In this document: one piece after another, positions 1 through 10,792 of the stretch
Numbering within the stretch: position 1 is the stretch's first letter
Layout of the letters: every line of letters begins with the position of its first letter
NCBI GenBank assembly: GCA_010909165.1
Contig: VJWM01000025.1
Span: 2,294,001-2,358,000, forward strand
Source: Anthoceros angustus
Taxonomy: Eukaryota > Plantae > Anthocerotophyta
DNA: 64,000 nucleotides
Direction of reading: 5' to 3'
Made by a program: the position numbers and the translations under genes
Notes under the pieces: model-generated
Database searches by the model: none
Seen by the model: only the letters and a program-made list of their open reading frames with translations
What the model was told of the DNA's origin: nothing

Positions 1-361
1 TCTGGTTTTGCACTCCATGTCTAGTTGTTGTCGAGTTGTTGTGTCTCGTTGCTATGTTTTGCGCTCGAGCTATCTAGTTCCCAACTCTTTCTTGCAATTG
101 AATCTATCGATTCTGGACTTGTTGTTCAACCAGTTGTCTGGAGCGATTTTGGAGAACCTGGGGTTCAAAATTTATGAATCCTCTGGAGAAACGTTGTACA
201 TGTACATTTTGGTCGCCGCATCCTAAACCTCAACAACTATTAGCGGTCAGAAGCTCTAAATCCTCCATCACTATAGCCATCTGAAGGTTAATCGTGACTG
301 TTCGGGTGTGTTTTTCTTTGCTTAGTACTTGCTTGTTCTTTTTCTCTTTACCTACACTAGT

Positions 362-568
362 TTTTGCGCAGGCTAGCTCTGATTCGAGCAGGCTAGCTCT
401 GATTCGAGCTAGCTAGCCCGGATCCGCTTGAACAAGCGGACAGTGAATCATCCGGATTACAGCAAGCTTGAACAAGCGGATCCGAGCTAGCCTCTTTTGC
501 TTCACTGTCCATTTGTTCTTTTGCTCTGAGTCGAGTGGATCCAAGTGAGCTTGAACAAGCGGATTCGA
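362..568. repeat. Cluster of short direct and palindromic repeats
   Basis: GCAGGCTAGCTCTGATTCGA twice in tandem; GCTTGAACAAGCGGA three times; TCCGCTTG-AA-CAAGCGGA is a perfect 8-bp inverted repeat. Confidence 0.75.
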
Positions 569-2282
569 GTTACCTTTTACTTTGCTTCATGGCCGCTTGA
601 GCTATCTTGCTCTGTATTTGTTCTTTTCATGTGTTTACTTTGGTTTATTTCATGCTCTATACTTCCCATTAATGCTTGCTTTGTTTCTGGTTGTTGAGGT
701 GCCAAGTCAAGCCTCCTTTTCATAGACAATGTTCATCATTAGGTAGGATGCTAATTTCAGTTTGGTTGTCAATGTGCTTGTTTGGCTGTCTGAAGCTGTA
801 TGTGTTGTGATATTTACTCTTTAAGGTTCATTCAGGTCTTGTTAGTCAATGTTCATTGTTCGGCTCGCTTGTACATGCTTTTTGTCTTCGTTGTACGTAA
901 TTGTATCCTTGTTGATATTCACATTTACCTGTACTGATAGGGTTCACTTGCTGCAAAGCAAGCCTCAGTTTTGTATATGGCTTTCTTCAAGATTCGTTTG
1001 GTGTCCCACGTGCTTTCTAATCCACGCATGATTTTGATGGTATTATGGTTTTTTTTTCTGAATTTCATGTCTTCCAATCTTTGGCTGATTTCTTCTATGC
1101 TATGTGTAGTTTCTGGTAACACTCTAATATTACGTTGTTTGTGTCGTCTTGTGCACTACTGTTACTTTCTTCTAAGAAGCAAGTAAGCATCTTCTTAATG
1201 TTAATTAGCTAGTGTTAGTTCTTTGACTGTCTGAGATCAAGTCCAGTCCGGTTGTTGAGTTTTACTTTAGCCTACTTTTTGTGTTCTTTACTTTTCATTA
1301 ATTTAAATGTTTTTTTCTTGGTCATAAAACACTTAAGCTTTAATGGATTCAACACAATATTCAAATACATAAAATAAACCAACAAAATTTACTGTGAACC
1401 TAAGAAGTAAACATAAAAATAAACGCCTTCAGACAAAACACATTGTAGAGCCAAACAAAATGCAAACACCAAAACGGAAATCAGCACCCTACCTGACAAT
1501 GAGCACTGTCTTCAAAGGGAACGTAGGACTTCGCATCTGGTGTGCAAGTCCCTAAAAGCACCTTTACCAGCAAAACCATCGGGTAAGCACCTGTGACATG
1601 GCAGCTTGTTGTTTCAGACAACTAATTACTCGGACTGATCAATCTAATATGTTGCAGCTCCATTCCCTTGCGCCGAATTTGGTTGGCTGCTCCCATTCAC
1701 TTTGAGTTTGACATAGCATATCGCATTCAGTTCAATTCCATTATTCCATATTCAGTTTATAATTTTTTTCATTAGTGGGCTATAGGGGCATAATTTATTC
1801 TTCTCTATTCTTTTTTGTGTTTTAGGTTTCATGGTTTTGTCTATTTTCTGAAAAGGGTTTAAGTTGGTCATAGATATTGTCAGTTAAAATGTCAAGTCTA
1901 TGCAATTTTTGCTGTGATTCGAAAGCATAAAGAGTGTTAAACAAGCTTCTTCTCCGTTGAAACATTTTCAAGGTAACATTATTGTATTGATATGTTTTTC
2001 TAATGTTTTTTTGTTGAATGTAGTCTTGGTTGAGGGTCCTTTGAGAGAAATTACTAACTATGTTCCAGTCACTCAAAGAGGGGTAGCATCTCTAGCTAGT
2101 ACTACTATTTCTGTTTCTTTTGATGTGATGGTTCCCAATGCTGCCAAGGCCTGCTTGTAGAATGCAAGTTTCTGGGGAGCAGGACTTGACGTGCAGCAAT
2201 AAACCAGTGATGAATTTTCATCTGCAAGTCAGCCTACGGATGTTAGAATCCCTTAGTTCGATGTTTGTTTTGCAAATAACCT

Positions 2283-3225
2283 AAGCGGACGTCAAAGAAC
2301 TACAAAGTAAACATGAGAAACTTTCAAAAAGAGCACTTCCAGCCTAAGGTGAAGATTTATGAGGAAGATGTGATTAATATTTTCAGGGCATGGATTGATC
2401 ACTCTCCAAAATGGACTGATAAGGACAAAAATAAGAATATACAGGGGTATCTCTTCAATTCTAATATAGAAAACTACAAAAGTAATGTAAGTCTGTTTTT
2501 TGGAAGTTCATTGATGTTTTTTGCAAGTTCACTGAACTATGCGTTGTGTTTGTCATTAATGCCTTCTGTTTTGTGTGACAGTCTTGGTATGCTAAATGCT
2601 GAATTTCTAAAGGGTTGTTGTCCCAGTTTATGAAGACTATGAGTGAAGCATTAGGCTTGAAAGGTTATTACACCAACAAGTCTTATAGAGTAACAACGAT
2701 TACTCGGTTGCACATGGCCCAAGTCCCTTCTGAAGCTACTAGGAGTGTAATTGGGCACAAAATTGATTCTGAAGTTTCGAAGTCTCGGCAAAAGAGGCTA
2801 AAACAGCTGGAGATGATCACTAGAGATGAACAATAGAGATGCACACTGAACATCATTGCTTTGAAAAGACATTGTCTTTTCAAAGTAATGATCAAACCCC
2901 TCGTGTTTTGATAAGCATGTCCATTTGTCTTGGTCAAGTTTGTTTTAGTTTACTATCAAGTTTAAGATGAAGTTCACATTCGTTCCAAGAAATTAATTTA
3001 TGTGTGGTGTTTTGTAGCTTGTTAAGTAGCAAATAGTAACTTCTGCATGCAAATTATTCTAGGTGGGGATGACTCATAGATACAACGTCCAGAGGTAAAT
3101 CAATTTTTATCCAAGTACGATGGAAAGGATGTACCCCAAGTGGATAGTCCTATATCCAGAATGATATTCGGAGTTTTTAACAACTGTCCTATTACCTTCA
3201 ACATCACGTATAAATCTGAGTTTTT
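2283..3225 (+). pseudogene. Degenerate Crypton/DUF3504-type tyrosine recombinase with at least one intron
   Basis: Exon 2283-2486 (RTSKNY...IFRAWIDHSP...), GTAAGT..ACAG intron 2487-2581, then SWYAKC*ISKGLLSQFMKTMSEALGLKGYYTNKSYRVTTITRLHMAQVPSEATRSVIGHK. This matches the WY..P.GKN.L...MK......TNHSLRAT..TRL....V...I...TGH pattern. A distal segment at about 3090-3220 ends GVFNNCPITFNI. Internal TGA; catalytic Tyr not seen. Confidence 0.7.
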
Positions 3226-4261
3226 GTTTTCTTGTGTTGTCTTCAAATCGAAGCGCAAGCAGAGATTTGTTGCTAATCACTCTAAATCCTAATGGTTTTT
3301 CAGCTTAATGGAGGGAATCATTTGATGGAATCTACTTCGAATCCTTTTGTTCTTCGGAAATTTAGTTATGATGCAATTAATTATTTTTAAGTACGTTATT
3401 TTTTCATGCATGTTCGTGATATACATGAGAATTGTGAGGATTTTTTTCCTTATTACTTTCTTGTATATCCCGGATCAGCAGGCAAATTATTTAACGTTAT
3501 GTTGTTTTTAATTTTTAGATCAGCAAGTTTACTGTCTTGTTATGGAGTTTACTGAATAGCTCTTAGTTATACTATTTTACCTCTATGCTATATAATCTAC
3601 CCCCATGTTAGGTTTTTTATCTGTTTATTGTCGGCTATATTTTTTATCCCATCTATATTTTTCACCCGCTTTCTATGTACTTTTTATTATATAAATTCAT
3701 AATTATCATTTGACCTATGCGTTCCGTTTAGTTGACCGCTCAATGCGCCGGGCCTCTTGATGAGGCGGCGCTTTTACGATGTCATATCATGCAGAGCCAG
3801 CTCAATACTAGTAGACTTTACTGATAGTGAGAGACAGGCATGTCATGTTTTTTATTATGAATCCTCTTTATTCAAAATAACGCCAATACTACACAAGATA
3901 CTACTATGTACACCACTTGGCCTTGTACAGCGAGAAGCGGGCTATCTCAGCTGTCCTACATACGGAAGGGAATTATCCTTATAATCTATTATTTTTGGGA
4001 CCTTTATAACTTTGTCTCGACCATAAAACTAAAAGTGGGATTGGCATCTGAGACTCCTCTCGAATAAGTACATACATGCTATGTAGTCCACAAAATTTTA
4101 TTGAGGAAGGACAGATGATAGGGAGAGGCCATAGGGAGATTCAAAACGGGTCGCGGTAGAAAGGAGCAATTAAGCTTCTTATCTTAGAGTCACCTATTAC
4201 GCCAACAATGTCATATGCAGCAAGATTCAAAAGCCCGCATACTACTGAGGTAGAGAAAGTG

Positions 4262-4490
4262 TATTCTTTAGATATTTATAGCATATGCTGATGCCAATAG
4301 GACATCTTAGGAATAATTATGTCGATACCAAGGGCTAGTATATATAGACCCTTCATAAAAGATAAGCTCTAATCAAAGCTTGTCCTCCAGACATCCAATA
4401 CAAGAGTGTTATGAGGAGGCCAAAGCTATGACTACGAGAACGATGTGAGGAATTTGCACGTTGTTCTCATGGGAAGAGTGCGTTTATGCC
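4262..4490. repeat. Interspersed repeat also present at about 20161-20390 (probably LTR-derived)
   Basis: By-eye alignment of ...TGCTGATG(C/T)CAATAGGA(C/T)ATCTTA...AAGAGTGTT(A/G)TGAGGAGGCCAAAGCTATGA...GGAATTTGCA in both places. Confidence 0.75.
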
Positions 4491-4900
4491 AAGATACTTG
4501 CAAGTGTTTCTCGCTAGACGGATTTGAGAAGATGGCAGGGTAGCCTACTTAGGTGTTCGCGGCAATTGGGGTATGGTGAATAGCTTTGTGATTACTTGCT
4601 AGGTGAGGGAGAGCATAGATGTTTTGGAAGTTGTTGAGTAGCTCCCATGTGCAATTTTCAATTTTGAAACTTCCATGTGAGCTATGCTATCGTTTCATCG
4701 TGTGACAATACTTTCTTCGAATCACTTAGCGCAATAGTGGACATAACAAGGGTGCCACTACCCCTCGGAGGTCCTTAGCTCAAGGGAATACGCTGGCACG
4801 TTCTAAACAAGCACTGGCACCCCGTTCTGAGGTTGGGCCGACTCATGTCAGTTGTCGGGGCAACGTGACAGATCTAAGTCAAAAGGCAGGATAATACATG

Positions 4901-5111
4901 ACACATGCAAATACAATAAATATCTATAACCATTCAGCAATCGAAGTAACTAGCTACCTAGACACTAGTCACTTTATGAAGATGCACCAGCTTCAAGGCA
5001 AGATTATACATTACACATGCAAATACAATAAATATCTATAACCATTCAACAATTGAAGTAACTAGCTACTTAGACACTAGTCACTTTATGAAGCTGCACT
5101 AGCTTCAAGGC
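4901..5111. repeat. Direct duplication of about 100 bp
   Basis: ACACATGCAAATACAATAAATATCTATAACCATTCA...GCTTCAAGGCA at about 4901 and about 5013. Confidence 0.85.
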
Positions 5112-5139
5112 ATGCCAAACTCCCTTGTGTAAGTTGAAA

Positions 5140-5260
5140 TGCGCGAGACAACTTATTTTTCATAAGAATGTTGGATGAAATAATAGTGAACTACGTATAA
5201 TCTATTTCTATTATATTCTAGGCTAGATTTAGTGGACCTCTAACAAAGAGCATTGCAGCA
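5140..5260 (+). mobile_element. Possible Copia RNase H C-terminal remnant
   Basis: Frameshifted peptide resembling YV.S..NL(V)DPLTKSI (Copia NLADPLTK.L motif). Confidence 0.3.
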
Positions 5261-5280
5261 TACTTATTGCACGGCAGACA

Positions 5281-5563
5281 GACAAGCTTGGATTTCTCTA
5301 TGCAAGTCGGCCAGTCTAATTTTCTTTGAAAAGCTTGGATTTCTCTATGCAAGTCAGCCAGTCTACTTTCCTTTGACAAGCTTGGATTTCTCTATGCAAG
5401 TTGGCTAGTCTACTTTTCTTTGACAAGCTTAGATTTCTCTATGCAAGTTGGCTAGTCTACTTTTCTTTGACAGGCTTGGATTTCTCTCTGCAAGTCGGCC
5501 AATCTACTTTTCTTTGACAAGCTTGGATTTCTCTATGCAAGTCGGCCAGTCTATTTTTCTTTT
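5281..5563. repeat. 47-bp tandem repeat, about 6 copies
   Basis: Unit GACAAGCTTGGATTTCTCTATGCAAGTCGGCCAGTCTACTTTTCTTT. Confidence 0.92.
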
Positions 5564-5749
5564 GGGAGGCCAATAAAGGACTACCTACCCATCTACAAGC
5601 GACTTTCTTGATCATCGTTTTTCCAAATGGATTATGTCCACTTCCCTAATGCTTTTTACTTATTCGAAAAATAAAGCAAAGACGTTTCACATGACTTTTT
5701 GTTTTCTTCAACGTAGCCATTCAACGTGCACTGCTTCTAATTTTTTATA

Positions 5750-8700
5750 CATATGTCGGTATGTATGTATTCCCTCCTATTCTGGAGCCCGCCGACTTCC
5801 ATAGAGCCAAACCTTGTGAGGCCTGAGGCCGTGGTGGCGGCGCGAGCTAAGCCAGGCCGGGTGACGTGGGTTGAGGTCTGTCGGGCGGCATGGGCTGAGG
5901 CGGCAGCGGCTTGCAAGGCCCCCCGAGTGCGAGAGGTTGAGCGGGCGAGGGAGGCCGGACGCCTGACTCCTAAGGCCGGAGGCGAAACTTGGGCTTGGGC
6001 CCAGTGGCTTCTGGCTTCTTTTACCACCTTTCGCTCTTTCTCAAAGGTGGCCATTGCATACATAGCTTGCCCCACCTTTGAGCGCACGGGCACAGGCGCA
6101 GTACTTCTTCTCTTATGGCTTCGGATATCATGCTTGGACGTGGACCATCTGATGGAGGAGAAACCGTTTTGGACTCTACAGACTTTACAGAATCGCAGGC
6201 TCCTACATCCTCCAAGGGAACGAGGGGCAAGAATAAAATCGAGAGGCTGTTCAAATCCTTCCAAGTTGATATCAAGAAGCTGCGATCAGACATTCAGGCT
6301 TCCCAAACTGAGCTGCACGAACTTAAATCAGAGTTCCGAATTTCCAAGCAACATTTTGAAGACTAAGATTCAGGCCCAACAACTCGAGATTGCTGCACTT
6401 CGAAGGGAATTGGAGCGTGAATTTCCAGTCATCCGTGCGGATCTTGTCCAGCATCAACACCAAATTGCTTCCCTCAATAAGCAATTGCCTTCTTATCTTC
6501 CAAAGACGACGGTTCCTCAATTAAAAACAGACGTCTTCCAACATCACCAGCAGCAGTTGGACACATTCAGGCAGGAGTTCTCTGCACATTGTCTGCTCAA
6601 CGAGGACGTTGCAGCCCTCAAACAAGATATTATGTAGCAAGCTTCCGCTTCCATGGAAGTTAAATGTTTGGAGCTCAAGAAATTCGCCCAAGGAGAAGTG
6701 TGCTATGTCCGCAAGATGTCCATTTCAAAACTCGAATTCGCGGACCAGATTTCGGTAGCAAAACAATTTGTGCAGTCCGAAGTGGAGAAGTTGGGCAGTG
6801 CCCCACTGTTGGTTCCTCCTCCTCCTCAAGTCGTGCCATCCTGGCCTTCAGAAGCCGTTGATGCGGCAATTCTTGAATCTCAAGAATGGATCAGGCGCTC
6901 CCTCAATCTACGAGTGACAGGCTTGTCCAATTCGGGAACACCGCAGGAAGTCGTATCCGAGTTCTTAGCCACGAAGCTCCATTTACCAGGCATATCTTTC
7001 CGTAATGCTTGGTGGGTAAGGATCCCGCCGTCCTTCCGCCTTTCTCATCCGCTTTCCATTCTCCGTGATAGGCTCCAAGTCTTGCTACCGTACTAATCTC
7101 CGAGGCCAAGATATTCATATAGGAGATGATTTAACCAAGCTATAGGTGAAGACCAAGCAAGCTTTGATGCCGGCCAGGAGGCTCACTGGAAGTCCGCTTC
7201 TTCCATGGAGATCAGCTGATTGTCAAGGAGCCCTCCCGAGTTCAGCACGGCCCTTTGACCTTATGAAGGTCACTCGCCCGCAATACCCACCCAGGGGGCA
7301 TCATCAAGATGGCTTCCTGGAATTGTAATGGATCTTTATGGGCACAACCAGGCGGATTGCTCCAGCTTTTAGCGGGCCACGACTTGATCTTCCTTACGGA
7401 AACTCACGAACACCAGGCTAGACACCTCCCCACCTTTCCCAACTTCCTTTCTTTTTCTCTTTTAAGGAATTATGTCTCTTCCAAGACGCCCAAGGCTGCA
7501 GGTGGCGTCGCTTGTTTTTTCCGATCTTTTCTCTCTGATTTCATCACTATCGCTAGGGAGGACTCCTTCGCGAGAGTCTTATGGATCAAGGTTTCCGCAA
7601 CCATCTTTCCATCTAACCGCCATTTGTTCATAGCACGCTGTTACTTTCCACCTCAGGGTTCTCCGCATGCTAGAGGCCAACCTCTCTTCACGTTTCAAGA
7701 CCTCTCTGAAGATCTCATGTTTTTCATGCCTCAAGGAGATATTCTCCTGCTTCCATGGAGATCACCGATTGTCAAGCTCCTCAAACATAAAAGGTGAAGG
7801 ATTAGAATCATGCCTTCCGAGTTTGCCATCCTCGATTTCATGTCCCAGCTCCTTAATTCGTGTCACCTTCATCGATCCGGAACTTGAAAGTTCAGGTCAC
7901 GGCGCCTCCAACATCCGTCTCTTCCAAGACGCCTTCCAACCGCCCGACTGAAGACCAAGTCCCGTAACCCGGTGTTCATCCTCCCCGCGAGACTTCAAGC
8001 TTGGACCTCCTCGGAACAATCTCCTATCTATGCACTAGAAGATCGACATCAACTATTCCCGCTTGACGCTGGCCGGCCTGCAGAAGGTCCGATGATCCGC
8101 ACTGTGTTAATCTTTTCGTGGCACTTCTCAACCTCGTGGAGTCGCATGGATTATTTAAATACAACGGACTCTCTCAATGGCCTGGGAGCGAGAGGATCAC
8201 CCATTTTTCGCCTTCAGGTCAACTTCCTGCTGTTCTTGATTACGTTCTAGGACAGATTCTTCGCTTCTTGGCATCAATTTTATGTTTCGACTTCAAGCCT
8301 CTAGAGTCCGACCATGCCTTCCTGTCTTGGCACATCTCGTGTCATAAGCCGCAAGCCATTCCACAATACCACAAGTCTCCTAGAGTCTGCTTTTCCCTCG
8401 ACCATCGTCTAGCTTCCCAATACTCCTTTCTTTTGAAAAGATCCTTGGCTGCTATTCCTCCCGCTCTTCCCTTTGCCCAGCAAGCTTCTGCTTTCACTTC
8501 TGCCGTGCTTTCTTGTGCACATCAAATCTTCCTCCTAAACCATGTCACCCCGTCAAGCTTTCCAACACTACTCCTCGTCATCCCTGGTTTGATGACGAGT
8601 GCAAACGCCTTCGCTTCCATACTCACAACTGCCTTTGTGCTCTCAAGGTCCCATCCAAGTCCTATCATTCCCAATTGTACAAGGAAATTGTCCGCATAAA

Positions 8701-10475
8701 GCCCTCATTGTCAAAAGTCCGCTTTCTCCTCCCAACGTGATCGTCTTGTCAAGCTCCTCAAGGAATCCTTGAGGTGCCGCTTTTGAGGAGTTTCATTCCC
8801 ATCAACTATCCAACCGCAGCGCTCGAGCTTATCCACTATGTCCAAACTCTCTTCTTTCGGGAATCTATACCCCTCCCTGTTAGGACCATGGATCCCGGGA
8901 TCAAGCTTTTCACTCCCGACCTTATCCTTACCGCCATCAATAACCTTAGATCCGTAGAGCCCCGACCTCAAGACATTCTGAGAGCTTTTCAGATGCAAGT
9001 CCTATGGTGATTGCTCCCCTTGGTCGCTACTGCTCAACGAGGCTTTGGTCCATGGATTTCTAGATGAGTGGTGCTGGAATGACATCCATTCCATCTTCAA
9101 GACAGGTGACCCCCAGCTCCCATCTAACTATAGGTATATCATGGTTGAGTCCATTTTTGCCAAGATCTTTAGCTCTTGCTTGGAAATTCTCACTACGACT
9201 TGGGCTGAGAATGCTGGAGTTAGGGCACGGGGCCAGGCTGGATTTCATCCGCAGCGCAATACCCGGGATAATCTCTTCACTCTCATTGCTATTATTCAGG
9301 AAGCCAAGAGCAGACAGAAGGATAACAGCATGTTTATGTATGTTTTGTTGACTTCAAGCGGGCATTTGACTCTATCTCTAGGGAGAAGCTCTTTGACCGC
9401 TTCCATAGGCTGGGTATGCCTCCTCATCTTCTTCATGCCATAGGGGTTCTATATGACAAGGTGAAAGCCAAGATCCGCACTCCTTATGCTGCTTTTGACC
9501 TTTTGGATTTGCTTTGCAACATGGGAGTGCGGCAGGGAGATCCATCTTCTCCTAACCTATTTGGCCTCTACATAGATGAACTGGAGTCTTGGATTGCGGA
9601 GTATGGGGATCCTGGTTGCATCCTTTCCTTGGTCTACATTGCTATTCTCTTGTATGCGGATGACATTGCCCTTCTCTCCCACTCTCCTCAAGGCCTCCAA
9701 CAACAACTGGACATATTGTCGCGCTTCTGGGAAGCAAGAGATTTGGAGGTCAATCTCAAGAAGACTAAGGTCATGTTCTTCAACAAAGGGATCCGGCAAC
9801 ACAATCTCAAGTTCTACTATAATGGTGAACTTGTCCGTAGTTCGATCTTATGTCTACTGGTGGAACTCAGATGGCCCGACACTTCTGGAAGCTCCGCCTC
9901 CGCCGCATTCTCAAGGGTGTGGCATCGGTGGGGTTCAAGATGCTCTCGGATGCACATCAAGGACATCCCCACTCAAAGAATGGTTATTCAACATTGTCGC
10001 TGCTCCTGCCATGTATGCGCTGGAGTTTTGGGGACCGTACCTCTCTCCCGACGATTGGTGCAAGGTGGAGGAGGTTCAGACATCCTTTCTTCGTCCCCAC
10101 ATTGCGTGCAAGAGGTCTGTCCCCCTTCCCATCTTCCTTGCAGAGTTTGCCACATTCCCGCTTGAGCTGGATGGTCTATTTCGCTTGACTAACTTCTTCT
10201 ACCGCCTCTGTTCATTGGAAGAAGCTCATTCGGATCATCCTACCTCCCCTCCCTCATACTTTCTTCTTGGTCTTATTTGGAGGAGGTGGCAAGAATTGGA
10301 AAAGGGGACGAAGCCGGAAGACTTTCGGGACAGAATCCAAATTTCTACAGCCATGAGCAAGATTGCGCATACCAACAAGTCTTATTTTCCGAGACAGCTA
10401 ATTTTCAGGAGGTGTCTGCCTAAAGCAAATGTGGGAGAAGCGGACTCAACATTTTCAAGAGTTCAACGTACCTGA
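5750..10475 (+). mobile_element. Degenerate non-LTR retrotransposon (LINE, RTE-X-like) with ORF1 and APE-RT ORF2
   Basis: ORF1 about 6115-7200: coiled coil plus RRSLNLRVTGL RRM-like motif. ORF2 from 7309: MASWNCNG...DLIFLTETH, LDYVLG (AP endonuclease). RT motifs GDPQLPSNYR, QAGF, VDFKRAFDS, GVRQGDPSSPNLF, YADDIALL, VNLKKTK. Many frameshifts and stops. Confidence 0.92.
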
Positions 10476-10792
10476 CATTACATAATAATTCACATCACTA
10501 GTTCTGAGGCCAGATTCAGAATAGCGGTTAATTTTTCTTTATATCTTCGTATGTATGACAACATGACGGAAATCCGTCCTTACTGGACTTAGGGACGCCA
10601 CTCTTGAAAGAAGCCGCAGCCACTCTTGAAAGAAACGTAAAAATGTGGGATTTTTGAGTGTTCACGCAAAGAGCCTATCTACAGACATGCTCAACCGTCA
10701 ACTTCACGGGTGGGCGAAAGTCCGCGCAGGGTTTAGGGTTTAGGCATCTCTGAGGCCCTTCCTCCTCACGTGGGTTTGCATCGTTCCTCCCA

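Noticed and set aside
1822-2076. 84-aa minus-strand ORF, and the 65-aa ORF at 925-1122
   Set aside because: No recognisable motifs or splice context; AT-rich chance frames cannot be excluded
5753-6120. 5' part of the 294-aa ORF as a host gene
   Set aside because: GC-rich LINE 5' region read in frame with frameshifted ORF1 pieces
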